A stretch of DNA of 64,000 nucleotides from the NCBI GenBank assembly GCA_963826785.1, contig CAWGYD010000001.1, forward strand, positions 640,001 to 704,000. The letters run 5' to 3'. This DNA is from an uncultured delta proteobacterium. Its GTDB lineage: Bacteria > Desulfobacterota > Desulfobacteria > Desulfobacterales > Desulfosalsimonadaceae. Numbering within the stretch: position 1 is the stretch's first letter; every line of letters starts with the position of its first letter. Below are positions 31,404 to 41,836 of the stretch, piece by piece. The notes under the pieces were generated by a model. It was given only the letters and a program-made list of their open reading frames with translations. It was not told the DNA's origin and did no database searches. The position numbers were made by a program, and so were the translations under genes.

Positions 31404-32738
31404 ATGAAACTGGACCGTATCATCCATGATGCTTGCATCGTCACGGTCAATTCAAATTCTGATATCATCGCCAACGGGATGATCGGCATAAAAGATGGCC
31501 GGATCGCCTGCATCGCGGCGGTGAAAAAAGATACCCCCGAATATCCGGCCGCCGATATCATCGATGCCGCCGGCGCCCTGGTGATGCCGGGGCTGGTCAA
31601 TGTCCATACCCACCTTCCCATGTCCCTGTTCCGGGGTCTGGCCGACGACCTGCCCCTTTCCGAATGGCTCAACAGCCATATCTTCCCGGCAGAAGCCATG
31701 CATGTGCGCCCTGAAACCGTCCGGACCGGGACCCGCCTCTCCTGCGCCGAACTGCTTCTATCCGGGACCACCTGCTGCTGTGACGGCTATTTTCTGGAGG
31801 ATCAGGTTGCATCAGCCGTACACGAATCGGGTCTTCGGGCGGTGCTGGGCCAGGGGGTCATCGATTATCCCGCGCCCGGGGTGCCGGACCCGAAAGACAA
31901 TATCCGCGCCGCCGCTGATTTTGTAAATCAACATCAGCACCTGGACCGGATTGTCCCTTCCATCTTCTGCCACTCGCCTTATACCTGCTCATCTGAAACC
32001 CTGCGGGGAGCCAAGCTGGTCGCAGATGACCTGGGGGTGCTTTTCCAGATCCACACCGCTGAAACCCGGCAGGAGACGGAAGCATGCATGGCCGCCCACG
32101 GCATGTCACCGGTAAAGTACCTGCACTCGCTGAAAATTTTGGACCATCGGACCCTGCTGGTGCATGCGGTGTGGATCGATGAAGCGGACATGGACATTCT
32201 GGCCGGCCAGGGGGTGCGGGTCGCCCACTGCCCCGAGAGCAACATGAAGCTGGGTTCCGGAGTGAGCCCGGTTCCCGAAATGCTCAAGCACGGCATCACC
32301 GTGGGGCTGGGGACCGACGGATGTGCCAGCAACAACAACCTCGACCTGTTTTCGGAAATGGACTGCGCGGCAAAGCTGCACAAGGCCGCGACCCATGACC
32401 CCACGGTCATGGATGCAAAAACCGTCATCGAGATGGCCACCATCGGCGGTGCGCGGGCCATTGGCCTTTCCGACCGGATCGGTTCCATCGAGGTGGGGAA
32501 AGAGGCGGACCTGATTGTCATCGACCTGAACCGGCCCCATCTCACCCCGCTCTATCACCCGGAATCGCACCTGGTCTACACCGCCTCCGGCGCCGATGTC
32601 AGAGACGTGCTGGTGGCCGGGGAGGTGCGGGTCAGGGATTTTGAACTGGTGGGGCAGGATGTGAAAACAATCATTGCGGATGCCGTATCGGCGGGGAAGG
32701 ACATATGGAAGACCGATACTCACAAAAGCCGAATCTGA
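31404..32738 (+). CDS. MTA/SAH deaminase family amidohydrolase, copy 2
   Basis: PGLVNVHTH, HSPY, HTAET, HCPESNMKL, GTDGCASNN. Confidence 0.9.
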   Translation: MKLDRIIHDACIVTVNSNSDIIANGMIGIKDGRIACIAAVKKDTPEYPAADIIDAAGALVMPGLVNVHTHLPMSLFRGLADDLPLSEWLNSHIFPAEAMHVRPETVRTGTRLSCAELLLSGTTCCCDGYFLEDQVASAVHESGLRAVLGQGVIDYPAPGVPDPKDNIRAAADFVNQHQHLDRIVPSIFCHSPYTCSSETLRGAKLVADDLGVLFQIHTAETRQETEACMAAHGMSPVKYLHSLKILDHRTLLVHAVWIDEADMDILAGQGVRVAHCPESNMKLGSGVSPVPEMLKHGITVGLGTDGCASNNNLDLFSEMDCAAKLHKAATHDPTVMDAKTVIEMATIGGARAIGLSDRIGSIEVGKEADLIVIDLNRPHLTPLYHPESHLVYTASGADVRDVLVAGEVRVRDFELVGQDVKTIIADAVSAGKDIWKTDTHKSRI

Positions 32739-34447
32739 TCACCGATCCCGAGTTGATCCGGGTGGCCGCGGGAGAAATCCCGGCCGATCTGGTGATCCGG
32801 AACGCAAACATCATCAATGTTTTTTCGGCAGAGATTCTTTTCGGCCATATTGCCGTGGCCGGCGGCCGGATCGCGGGGGTGGGGGATTACGAAGCCGAAA
32901 CCGTCATAGACGTCAAGGGGCGGTATGTCTCCCCCGGGTTTATCGACGCCCATGTGCATATTGAAAGCGCCATGACGTCGGTGGCCCGGTTTGCCGCCGC
33001 GGTGCTTCCCCGCGGCACCACCACGGTGGTGGCCGATCCCCACGAGATCGCAAACGTTCTGGGCACTGCCGGAATCGATTACATGCTGGCCGCAGCTGAA
33101 AAACTGCCCATGCAGATTTACTACATGCTCCCCTCCTGCGTGCCGGCAACGGACATGGAGACTTCCGGGGCCCGCCTGGATGCAGCTGACCTGAATCCTT
33201 ATATGGAGCATGACCGGGTGGCCGGACTGGGTGAAATGATGAATTTTCCCGGGGTGATCGCCGCAGACGGTGAAATCCTTCAAAAGATCGATACCGCCGC
33301 CACCCGGTTCAAGCGGGTGGACGGCCATGCGCCGGGGCTTTCCGGCAAATCCCTGAATGCCTATATTTCCGCGGGCATTTCAAGCGATCACGAATCCGTT
33401 TCCCCAAATGAGGCCCTGGAAAAGCTGCGTGCCGGGATGCATGTCATGATCCGCGAGGGAACAGGGGCCAAAAATTTAAAAGACCTGCTTTTTGCCATCA
33501 ACGAGAAAAACGCACACCGATTCATGTGGTGCACGGACGACCGGCATCCGCACGATATCTGCGGGCAGGGGCATATCGACCACATGATCCGCCGGGCCAT
33601 CGGCTACGGACTCGATCCGGTTACGGCCATCCGGATGGGGACCATCAACCCCGCGCGATATTTCGGGATCCGCACCGCAGGGGCTATCGCCCCGGGCCGC
33701 CGGGCCGACCTGGTGGTCTTTTCGGACCTGCAGGCGCCTATAATCGAGCAGGTGTTTTCCGGCGGCCGCCGGGTGGCCGAAAGCGGCCGGATGCGGCCGG
33801 AAATCAGCTTTTCCCCGGCGCCGGACCCGGCGTCCACCATAAACGTTGATCCTGCCAGTCTGCAATTTGAAATACCGGCAGGGGGAAATCAAATCCGGGT
33901 GATTGAACTGGTGCCCGGGCAGATTCTCACCCGCCAGCAGGTCATGGCGGCCCGGATCGAATCGGGACAGGCGGTGGCGGATGTCGGGCGGGATCTTGTC
34001 AAGCTGGCGGTGGTGGAGCGCCACAGGGGAAGCGGCGGGGTGGGCATCGGGTTTGTTCGCGGGTTCGGTTTCAAAGGCGGGGCCATCGCCTCCAGCGTGG
34101 CCCATGATTCCCACAACATCATCGCAGCTGGAACCAGCGATGCGGACATGAAAGCCGCCGTTCAGGCGGTGATCGAAATGAAGGGCGGGCTTGCCGCCGT
34201 CCGGGAGGGCCGGATACTGGCTGATCTGCCGCTGCCCATTGCCGGTCTCATGTCCGATCAGCCCATGGATGCGGTGCGAAACCGGATGGATGGTCTGATC
34301 TGCGCGGCCCGGGAAATGGGGTCTGCCATCCCCGACCCCTTCATGGCCCTGTCCTTTCTGGCCCTGCCGGTCATCCCGGAACTGCGCCTGACCGACCGGG
34401 GGCTGTTCGACGTCACCCGCTTTGCCCACGTGCCGCTGTTTGTCTGA
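32705..34447 (+). CDS. ade: adenine deaminase
   Basis: PGFIDAHVHIES, DPHEIANV, GEMMNFPG, DGHAP, SDHE, CTDD, AHDSHN. Confidence 0.95.
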   Translation: MEDRYSQKPNLITDPELIRVAAGEIPADLVIRNANIINVFSAEILFGHIAVAGGRIAGVGDYEAETVIDVKGRYVSPGFIDAHVHIESAMTSVARFAAAVLPRGTTTVVADPHEIANVLGTAGIDYMLAAAEKLPMQIYYMLPSCVPATDMETSGARLDAADLNPYMEHDRVAGLGEMMNFPGVIAADGEILQKIDTAATRFKRVDGHAPGLSGKSLNAYISAGISSDHESVSPNEALEKLRAGMHVMIREGTGAKNLKDLLFAINEKNAHRFMWCTDDRHPHDICGQGHIDHMIRRAIGYGLDPVTAIRMGTINPARYFGIRTAGAIAPGRRADLVVFSDLQAPIIEQVFSGGRRVAESGRMRPEISFSPAPDPASTINVDPASLQFEIPAGGNQIRVIELVPGQILTRQQVMAARIESGQAVADVGRDLVKLAVVERHRGSGGVGIGFVRGFGFKGGAIASSVAHDSHNIIAAGTSDADMKAAVQAVIEMKGGLAAVREGRILADLPLPIAGLMSDQPMDAVRNRMDGLICAAREMGSAIPDPFMALSFLALPVIPELRLTDRGLFDVTRFAHVPLFV

Positions 34448-34472
34448 TGAGGGCCGGGCGCAACATGCGGGT

Positions 34473-35318
34473 CTACTGAACCGCCCAGTTTTCCTGGGGA
34501 ATCCTGCGGGCGGTGCCGCGGACCGGGACATTTTTGATGGCCGGCATATCCGGGTAGCTGTTGAGGTAGTGAAGGGATATCCGGTTGAATTCACGGTGCT
34601 GTTCGATATTGCACACGTGGCCGCACCGCTGGATGATGTGGATGGATGAGGCCTGGTCCCGCAGGTAATTTTCGATGACAAAGGGGAGGAACAGGTGGTC
34701 CTCCTCGCCGGAAATGTAGAGTTTGGGGATATCCAGCGCCATGCGCAGGGGAAAGGAGGCGTAGAAGGCCTCAAGGGTTTCCATCAGCTTGAACCATTTC
34801 TTGAATTCCTTCCCGCCCAGCTTTTTCGCCTCCCGGATGAACACCCGGCGGGAGGTGGAATGGTTTCTCCTGGGCATCATGATCCAGGCAAAAAGCCGAT
34901 AGAGCCACATGTAGGGAAGCAGATGCTTCAGCAGCGCTCCTGAACGCAGGAGAAAACGGGATTTCAAATCATACCCCATTACCGCGCCGCCAAGGACCAT
35001 CGATTTGATCCGCTCGGGGGCGATCCGGCTGACGGCATCGATCACGATGGAGCCCAGGGAGATGCCCACAAAGTGTGCCGATTCGATACCCTCCCGATCC
35101 AGGGCCTCGACGACCTTGCCGGCCATGTCTTCGAATGAATATTTCCGGGGTCCGCGCCGGGTGTTTCCGTGACCGTACATGTCGATAAACATCAGGTTGA
35201 AATGCGATTTATAGGCCTCGACCTGTTTGTACCAGATTCCGGAATTGCCCCCCAACCCGTGGATGAAAATCGCCCAGTCCTTATCATCGCCGCATATGTG
35301 GGTTTCATAAGCAAACAT
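34473..35318 (-). CDS. alpha/beta fold hydrolase
   Basis: FIHGLGG, DMYGHG, GISLG nucleophile, GEED, CGHVCNIE. Confidence 0.88.
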   Translation of the reverse strand: MFAYETHICGDDKDWAIFIHGLGGNSGIWYKQVEAYKSHFNLMFIDMYGHGNTRRGPRKYSFEDMAGKVVEALDREGIESAHFVGISLGSIVIDAVSRIAPERIKSMVLGGAVMGYDLKSRFLLRSGALLKHLLPYMWLYRLFAWIMMPRRNHSTSRRVFIREAKKLGGKEFKKWFKLMETLEAFYASFPLRMALDIPKLYISGEEDHLFLPFVIENYLRDQASSIHIIQRCGHVCNIEQHREFNRISLHYLNSYPDMPAIKNVPVRGTARRIPQENWAVQ

Positions 35319-35748
35319 TTTAATCTCCCTGCTGTTGATATTCTATCCGGCCGCCATTTTTTGCTGAACCTTTGACTTTGATATTCACCATTTCATAATT
35401 TTCAGCACCTGTCATTCTAGACGATTGGCAGCCTATTATCAGGTAAAATCTAGTACTGAACCTGTATCGCCAATAATGGCGGGCCGGAAGAATCGATCCT
35501 GCCCCGGCGGCGAAAAAGGGGCCCTGTGCGACTGATTTTCATTGCAGTTGACACCGCAATGGAAGTCTTTTACCGTTAAAACCATGATTTTCATGCAAGA
35601 AACCGCGGCTCTCCGGCTGCCCAGGGGAAAAGAAGTCTTTTTTTCGCTTGGCATTGCGTAAGAACCCATACCGATCTGCTCCTGCTCTGAACAGGAAAGA
35701 GTGGATTGTTTCACAGGAGGAAGCGTTGATAATGATCAGGGTGCGCTT

Positions 35749-36942
35749 TTGATTCTTCATGTGGACATGGACGCGTTTTTCGCCTCTGTGGAAGTGCTGG
35801 ATAATCCTGCGCTCAAGGGAAAATGCGTCATCGTGGGGGGCACCTCCGGCCGGGGGGTGGTGAGTGCAGCCAGCTACGAAGCCCGTGTCTTCGGCGTGCA
35901 CTCCGCCATGCCCATGTACCTGGCCCGGCAGAAATGTCCCCACGGCATTTTTCTGCGGCCCCGGGGGCGCCGGTACAGCGAAATATCCAAGCGCATCATG
36001 GCCGTACTGGACTCTTTTTCCCCGCTGGTACAGCAGGTCTCCGTCGATGAGGCCTATGTGGATATTTCAGGCCTGAAAAGCCTCTATGGGACGCCTCTGG
36101 AAATCGGGGGTTCCATCAAGCAGGCCGTGCACGGCAGAACCGGCCTGACCTGCTCCGTGGGCATCGCCCCGGTCAAATTTCTGGCCAAGATCGCCTCGGA
36201 CCTGGAAAAGCCCGATGGCCTGACCTGCATTATGCCCGAAGACATGCCGTCCTTTTTAGACACCCTGCCGGTGTCCAAAATTCCGGGTGTCGGCGCCCGG
36301 ACGGAGCAGCAGCTGCGAAAACTGGGCATCGTCACCCTGGCTGACGTGAAGCGATGCTCTGAAGCCGAGCTGGTGCGCTGCCTGGGCAAATTCGGGCACC
36401 GCCTTCGTGAACTGGCCCATGGCGTGGATCATTGCCAGGTGCGCCCGGAACGGACGATAAAATCGGTGAGCAGCGAGGAAACCCTTGCAAACGATACCCG
36501 GGACAAGGCCCTGCTCAAAACATACCTGCTCAAGCAGTCGGAAGAGGTGGGACGGGACCTGCGGCGCCATCACACGAAGGCCAAAACCGTGGTGCTCAAA
36601 TTGAAGCATGCGGATTTTCGACAGGTGACGCGCCAGGCCCCCCTTGGCCGGTATACCGCGGCCTCTGAAATCCTGTATGCCGAAGCCGCCCGGCTGCTCG
36701 ATGAATATCCGTTGTCCATGCCCGTGCGGCTGATCGGTCTTGGGGCGGCCGACCTGAATGCGGGCGACCGTCCGGTGCAGCAGGATCTCTTCCCGGCAGG
36801 CGCTTCCGGGCCCCCGGCCACCGGCAAATGGGAAGCCCTCGGGGATGCAGTGGACCGCATCTGCGAAAAATTCGGCGGTTATGCCATTAAAAAGGCCGGT
36901 TTATGTGATCATGAGAAAAAAACAGATCAGAAACCCAGGTAA
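35749..36942 (+). CDS. dinB: DNA polymerase IV
   Basis: ILHVDMDAFFASVE, SAASYEAR.FGV.SAMP, SVDEAY, AKIASD.EKPDG; start uncertain (35701 or 35749). Confidence 0.95.
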   Translation: MILHVDMDAFFASVEVLDNPALKGKCVIVGGTSGRGVVSAASYEARVFGVHSAMPMYLARQKCPHGIFLRPRGRRYSEISKRIMAVLDSFSPLVQQVSVDEAYVDISGLKSLYGTPLEIGGSIKQAVHGRTGLTCSVGIAPVKFLAKIASDLEKPDGLTCIMPEDMPSFLDTLPVSKIPGVGARTEQQLRKLGIVTLADVKRCSEAELVRCLGKFGHRLRELAHGVDHCQVRPERTIKSVSSEETLANDTRDKALLKTYLLKQSEEVGRDLRRHHTKAKTVVLKLKHADFRQVTRQAPLGRYTAASEILYAEAARLLDEYPLSMPVRLIGLGAADLNAGDRPVQQDLFPAGASGPPATGKWEALGDAVDRICEKFGGYAIKKAGLCDHEKKTDQKPR

Positions 36943-37811
36943 AAGGCGAACCCGTAGGAAGTCAGGTCGTATGTGAAAAACTGGCCATAGGGGTAAAATC
37001 CGTCGTAATATTCCAGCATGAATTTCAGGCATCGGCTGGTCTGAAACAGGTTGGCCCATTCAAGCCCGGTTTTCACGCTCACGCCCGCCTCCCAGTCCAG
37101 CGCCTCGTATCCCTTAACATCGGCCCCGAAGATATAATGGGCCGCAAGCACCACCGGCTTGCCGGTGCGAAATTCCAGTCCGGTCTGATACCCCCAGCGA
37201 TCCATGTCCGGATCACTTCGCAGGAGAAAATGCGGCCCGGCGTAAAAGCGGAATCCATCCCAGGTGACCGCCCCCAGCCAATCGGCGGCCTCATAGTTGA
37301 AATCAAATTCCTGAGACAGCATATCCGGGTGATTCACCAGGTACTCGTCGCCGACGTGAGAACTCTGGTGATACATCCTGAACCGGGTGGAAAAGGATTT
37401 ATACTGGTAGGTCAATGTGCCCCCGACGGCAAAATCGGTGTTGACCAGTTCGTCGGACGGTGCATCCAGGTTGAACTGTGAAAAAATTCCGCCCTTGAGG
37501 TTCAGCTGCCAGGCGTGGTCCGCCTCCCCCAGGTACTGGCGGATGATCCCGAAGGTTTCCCCCACGCCGACGCTTCCGGCCGTGAACGTATCGGTATACG
37601 TGGCGTCAAACTGCTGCAGCCCGAAAAAAAACTGGGGTTCCTTGGGATCTGCGACCAGGGGTTGAAACACGTTGCCGCCGGGAAAGATGATCCGGTCGAT
37701 GCCGGTCCCCGGATCTGCGCCGGATGCACGCGAGGCGATGAAGAACAGGAGAGAGATGGAAGCCAGAATTATCGGAAGAGCGCCTTTATGCGGGCGGAAA
37801 TCAGGTTTCAT
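36927..37811 (-). CDS. DUF1207 family exported, probable outer-membrane beta-barrel protein, copy 1
   Basis: Signal peptide, F.PLVADP.EP, HQSSHVGDE, alternating beta strands, C-terminal Phe. Confidence 0.78.
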   Translation of the reverse strand: MKPDFRPHKGALPIILASISLLFFIASRASGADPGTGIDRIIFPGGNVFQPLVADPKEPQFFFGLQQFDATYTDTFTAGSVGVGETFGIIRQYLGEADHAWQLNLKGGIFSQFNLDAPSDELVNTDFAVGGTLTYQYKSFSTRFRMYHQSSHVGDEYLVNHPDMLSQEFDFNYEAADWLGAVTWDGFRFYAGPHFLLRSDPDMDRWGYQTGLEFRTGKPVVLAAHYIFGADVKGYEALDWEAGVSVKTGLEWANLFQTSRCLKFMLEYYDGFYPYGQFFTYDLTSYGFAFYLGF

Positions 37812-37989
37812 TCGCGCATGCCTCTCATTGCTGTAGAATTTCAACAGGATTAAGGCGAATTCCATCCGTAAAATGGTGAAATTCACATAAATCAGAATGC
37901 GTTAATGATAACCACCAATTATTCCGGCGGCAATTGGCAGAAAGAAATAGGTCGGGATTACAGGGAATTGGGCAGAGGTGTGATCACCA

Positions 37990-39267
37990 TCAGGTGAACC
38001 AGCGGGGGCGGTCCTTGATCCATTCGGAAACCGTGATCTGAAGCCATTCGGCCAGATCCGGGTCGAGATAGAACCGGGGAAGGAGCAGGTTGTCATCGGG
38101 GCGGATCACCCCCTGCTTTTGGGCGATGTCGGCAAGCGCGGTTTGAGGGTAAATGCGGATGCCGGTGCTGATCTTGGTCCCTTCCGTGTTCAGAGAATCG
38201 GCAAAATGAAGGCTTTGCATAACCGTTTCCCGGGTCTCCCCCGGTGCCCCGAACATGAGAAAACCCAGCTGTGCAATGCCGTGGTTTTTAAGCCGCCTGG
38301 AGGTCCGGACCACCTCCTGCGTGTCGAATCGCTTGTTTAAAATTTTTAAAATGGCATCCGACCCGCTTTCATAGCCCAGGCTGACTTCCACGCATCCGGC
38401 CTTTGCCATTTTCCCGGCCAGTTGATCGGGGAGGCGGGCGGGATAGATGATACAGCGCCACCTGATGTCGAGCCTGGCGGCAATGATCCGGTCGCACAGC
38501 GCTTCCGCATAGGCGGGCGGGAAATTAAACGTGTTGTCCACAAAAAAGAACCGATCAAACCCGGCGTCCACAAACCGGGCCAGGGCGGATATGACCTCAT
38601 CGATGGAAAATTTGCGGATGAGGCGGCCCTCGATGGAACCGGTGGAGCAGTACAGGCAATCCATGGGGCAACCCCGCCGGGTCTGGATGGGGAGCCAGAG
38701 CTCTTTTTTATCGATGCCGGGGGGCATCTGAAGATGGGTTCCGGGATGAGGCAGAATCAGCAGGGATGAATCCCGGGTGTAGCGGGGCGGGGCCGCCTTT
38801 TTCCCCGGAAGGTGCAGACCGGGAAAGCCCGACAGGTCCTTGTTTTCATGAATCCGCAGGGCCAGTTCCGGGAATGCGGATTCGCCTTCTCCCCGGATGC
38901 CCATGTCGGCCCCGGTATAGGCCAGCACCGCCTCCGGAAAGATGCTGTACCCGGCGCCCCCCAGCACAATGGGGGCAGGGCACAGGCTGCGGCAGATTTT
39001 GATGGTTTCTTTGACCGGGTCGAGCATGAACCGGGTGCTGCGCATGGCCTGGTCATCGATGTTCCTGACGGAAATGCCGATGACATCGGGCGCCATTTCC
39101 GTTACGGCTTTTTCAAGCACGGCGCGGGCATCGGACTGCCCCAGCAGGCTGACAACGCGAAAATTCATGCCGGCGCGCTCGACGGCCGCGGCCACGCACG
39201 CCAGCCCCAGCGGAAGGACCGGCATGTTGACGGTTTCGGTATTGGCGGAGATTAGCAGTATGTTCAT
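37990..39267 (-). CDS. B12-binding domain radical SAM protein
   Basis: PLGLA, IGISVRNID, VLGGAG, GEGE, RGCPMDCLYC, FVDNTFN, PGET. Confidence 0.9.
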   Translation of the reverse strand: MNILLISANTETVNMPVLPLGLACVAAAVERAGMNFRVVSLLGQSDARAVLEKAVTEMAPDVIGISVRNIDDQAMRSTRFMLDPVKETIKICRSLCPAPIVLGGAGYSIFPEAVLAYTGADMGIRGEGESAFPELALRIHENKDLSGFPGLHLPGKKAAPPRYTRDSSLLILPHPGTHLQMPPGIDKKELWLPIQTRRGCPMDCLYCSTGSIEGRLIRKFSIDEVISALARFVDAGFDRFFFVDNTFNFPPAYAEALCDRIIAARLDIRWRCIIYPARLPDQLAGKMAKAGCVEVSLGYESGSDAILKILNKRFDTQEVVRTSRRLKNHGIAQLGFLMFGAPGETRETVMQSLHFADSLNTEGTKISTGIRIYPQTALADIAQKQGVIRPDDNLLLPRFYLDPDLAEWLQITVSEWIKDRPRWFT

Positions 39268-39381
39268 CGATTCATCTTTTTTGCAGCATTCATCACCGGT
39301 AAAAACGGACTTGCGCCGGAAGATTTTACAATTGCCACAACAAAAATCTTTTCGCAAAAATGCCGTTTGGGAGCTGAATAC

Positions 39382-39630
39382 TCACTTGGGGCCGGGTATA
39401 TCATACGTGGTGCACGAACCGCCGGAACAGGCGCGGGTGGTCGATTGAACACCGGAGGCCTTGGCGCCGCCGCCCCCGCCGGTTACGGCGAAGTTGCTGG
39501 CGCTGATGATCCGCTCCAGGGTATCGGCGCCGCAGGCTTCGCATTTCATTTGAACCTGATCCGAACTGCTTCGAAACAGGATCTCAACTTTTTGTCCGCA
39601 CTTGAGGCATTTGAATTCATATATGGGCAT
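39382..39630 (-). CDS. FmdB family zinc-ribbon protein
   Basis: MPIYEFKCLKCG..CEACG, C-terminal CSGGSC; GGAG upstream. Confidence 0.88.
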   Translation of the reverse strand: MPIYEFKCLKCGQKVEILFRSSSDQVQMKCEACGADTLERIISASNFAVTGGGGGAKASGVQSTTRACSGGSCTTYDIPGPK

Positions 39631-39808
39631 GTTCAACTCTCCGGAAAATGATGTTGTATTTCAGGAATCGGCAGAATAAGGTTTTGCCTGCGGAAATCAT
39701 GGGCTTATTATGATGATTGCAGGCCTTTTGTCAAGCCTGTGCATGAATATCGCTTCAGATTTTCGATTGTTTTTCCATCTCAAAAATACCAGAAAGGCCA
39801 ATTCCCTG

Positions 39809-40678
39809 TTGAACTGGTTTACCCTCTCCCTGCTGACCGCCCTTGCCGTTGCTTCCCAGGATGCCTGGGTCAAGCGCTGGTTTTCCAACTTGGCCGCCCA
39901 CGAGATGTTTTTATATCCGCTGATTTACAGCTTTCCCCTGTGCCTGGCCAGCCTGCTGTTCGTCCGGGTGCCGCCGCTGGACTATGTGTTTGCCCTCAGT
40001 TTCGCGGCCAGCCTGCCGCTCAATGCCGTGCCGTTTATCCTGTACATGAAGGCCATCAAGGAATCGCCCCTTTCGCTCACCGTGCCTTATCTTGCGTTCA
40101 CCCCGGTATTCATGATCCCCACCGGGTACCTGTTTTTAAACGAACTCCCGGATTTCTGGGGGATGGTGGGGATCGGGTCGGTGTGCGCGGGAAGCTATGT
40201 CATCCATGTCGATTTGCGTCATTTTTCCCTGCTGGCCCCTTTTTCCGCGGTATTCAAGGAAACGGGTTCCTGGATCATGCTCATCGTCGCCTTCATTTTC
40301 GCCTTTTCCGCGGTCCTGGGCAAACTGGCCATCCTCCATTCGTCAGTGCTGTTTTTCCAGATGTCGTTTTTTTGCGTGCTGACTGTTCTGCTGACCCTGA
40401 TGTATGCGGCCGCCGGAAAAATCCGGTTGAAAACGTTTATTCAAAATCCGCTCAAAGGCGCGGTGGCCGGCCTCCTGTTCTACGGACAGGTCCTGTTTCA
40501 CGGGTTTGCCATCTCCATGGTCAAGGCCGCCTACATGATCTCCATCAAGCGCCTCTCCATCCTCTTTGGCGTGATCTACGGCGGTATTTTTTTCAAAGAG
40601 GAAAATATCGTGGTGCGGTTCGCCGGCGCCCTGCTGATGTTTGCCGGCGCGGTGCTGATCCTGCTGCGCGCCCGATAA
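39809..40678 (+). CDS. DMT/EamA family transporter
   Basis: About 10 TM helices, Y.KAI..SPLS..VP....TP.F, SIKRLS..FG; start uncertain. Confidence 0.88.
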   Translation: MNWFTLSLLTALAVASQDAWVKRWFSNLAAHEMFLYPLIYSFPLCLASLLFVRVPPLDYVFALSFAASLPLNAVPFILYMKAIKESPLSLTVPYLAFTPVFMIPTGYLFLNELPDFWGMVGIGSVCAGSYVIHVDLRHFSLLAPFSAVFKETGSWIMLIVAFIFAFSAVLGKLAILHSSVLFFQMSFFCVLTVLLTLMYAAAGKIRLKTFIQNPLKGAVAGLLFYGQVLFHGFAISMVKAAYMISIKRLSILFGVIYGGIFFKEENIVVRFAGALLMFAGAVLILLRAR

Positions 40679-40884
40679 TTAGCAATTAGGGACGCCCTTT
40701 ATATTTTACATTTTGCCCTTGAGATCACGCATCATGGATGTTGACGGACAAGATGCTTTTTGAGATATATTACGGCATGAAAAGAAATGCCTGCCTCATT
40801 CGTTCTTTCCTTTATTCCTCATAAACAATCGAATCGGCCCCGTTCCCGTGAGGGGAAAAACCCGCGGGAAGGAAATGGAGACAC

Positions 40885-41739
40885 ATGAAAGAAAGAAACC
40901 TCATGAAGATTGGGACCCTTCTCTGGGTAAGTTTGATGATCCTGTTTGCGGCGGGCGGCCCCGTGTCGGCGCAATCCGATGCAACCAGTTGTGAGGACCA
41001 CCCCCTGTTCCCCACACGAATGCCGGAATACCGCATCGAAAGCTGCAAGGTCGAGCCGTTCGGGATCTATGAATTTTACAAATTGAAGGGGCCAAGAACG
41101 CCGGTGGAGGGCCGGTTTACCTTCATCACCTATGCGTTCACCGGGCAAAAGGGGACCGAGCCCAGCGCCGTCGCGGTTGTCCGCAATTACGAGAACGCCA
41201 TCCGGAAGGTGGGGGGGCAGGTTGTGGAAAGCCAGCCCACGTGGTGGGTGGTCGGAAAGATCGTTCAGGACGGGAAGGAAGCCTGGGTCCAGGCGGAAAA
41301 AGGAAACGGCAAGATCTGGCTGAGGATCGTGGAAAAACAGGCGATGGAGCAGTTCATCGAAGCCGACGCGGCAGCTTTTGCCAAAGACATCCATTCAACG
41401 GGCCACGCCGCCGTCTATGGCATCCTTTTTGATACCGGGAAAGCCGACATTAAGCCGGAGTCGGCGGGCGCCATCGAGGAAATCGCCAAACTCCTGAAGA
41501 ATGATGCCGGACTGAAGCTCCACGTAGTGGGGCATACGGACAATACAGGGACCCCGGAAGGAAATATGAAACTCTCCATGGACCGGGCACAGTCGGTTGT
41601 GCAGGCCCTGACGGGCGCACAGGGCATCGCCGCCTCACGCCTCAGCGCCTTCGGATGCGGGCAATATGCACCGGTGGCCTCAAACGACACGGACGAGGGC
41701 CGCGCCAAGAATCGCAGGGTGGAACTGGTCAAACGATAA
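40885..41739 (+). CDS. OmpA-family peptidoglycan-binding protein with an N-terminal soluble domain
   Basis: Signal peptide, ILFDTGK, VGHTD, N.KLS..RA, GRAKNRRVE. Confidence 0.9.
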   Translation: MKERNLMKIGTLLWVSLMILFAAGGPVSAQSDATSCEDHPLFPTRMPEYRIESCKVEPFGIYEFYKLKGPRTPVEGRFTFITYAFTGQKGTEPSAVAVVRNYENAIRKVGGQVVESQPTWWVVGKIVQDGKEAWVQAEKGNGKIWLRIVEKQAMEQFIEADAAAFAKDIHSTGHAAVYGILFDTGKADIKPESAGAIEEIAKLLKNDAGLKLHVVGHTDNTGTPEGNMKLSMDRAQSVVQALTGAQGIAASRLSAFGCGQYAPVASNDTDEGRAKNRRVELVKR

Positions 41740-41836
41740 TCAGCGGATACCAGAAGCCGCATCGCTTGCCAATCCTTCAGCCATTACATCGCCAGAAAAG
41801 ATGTTGGATAGATCCAGCTGGCAAATTTTGACGCCG

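Noticed and set aside
33476..34774. 432-aa minus-strand ORF over ade
   Set aside because: Antisense shadow of adenine deaminase, partly an alternative frame of the hydrolase gene
39739..40689. 316-aa same-strand alternative-frame ORF over the EamA gene
   Set aside because: Arg/Pro/Gly-rich off-frame translation; the EamA frame has the family motifs
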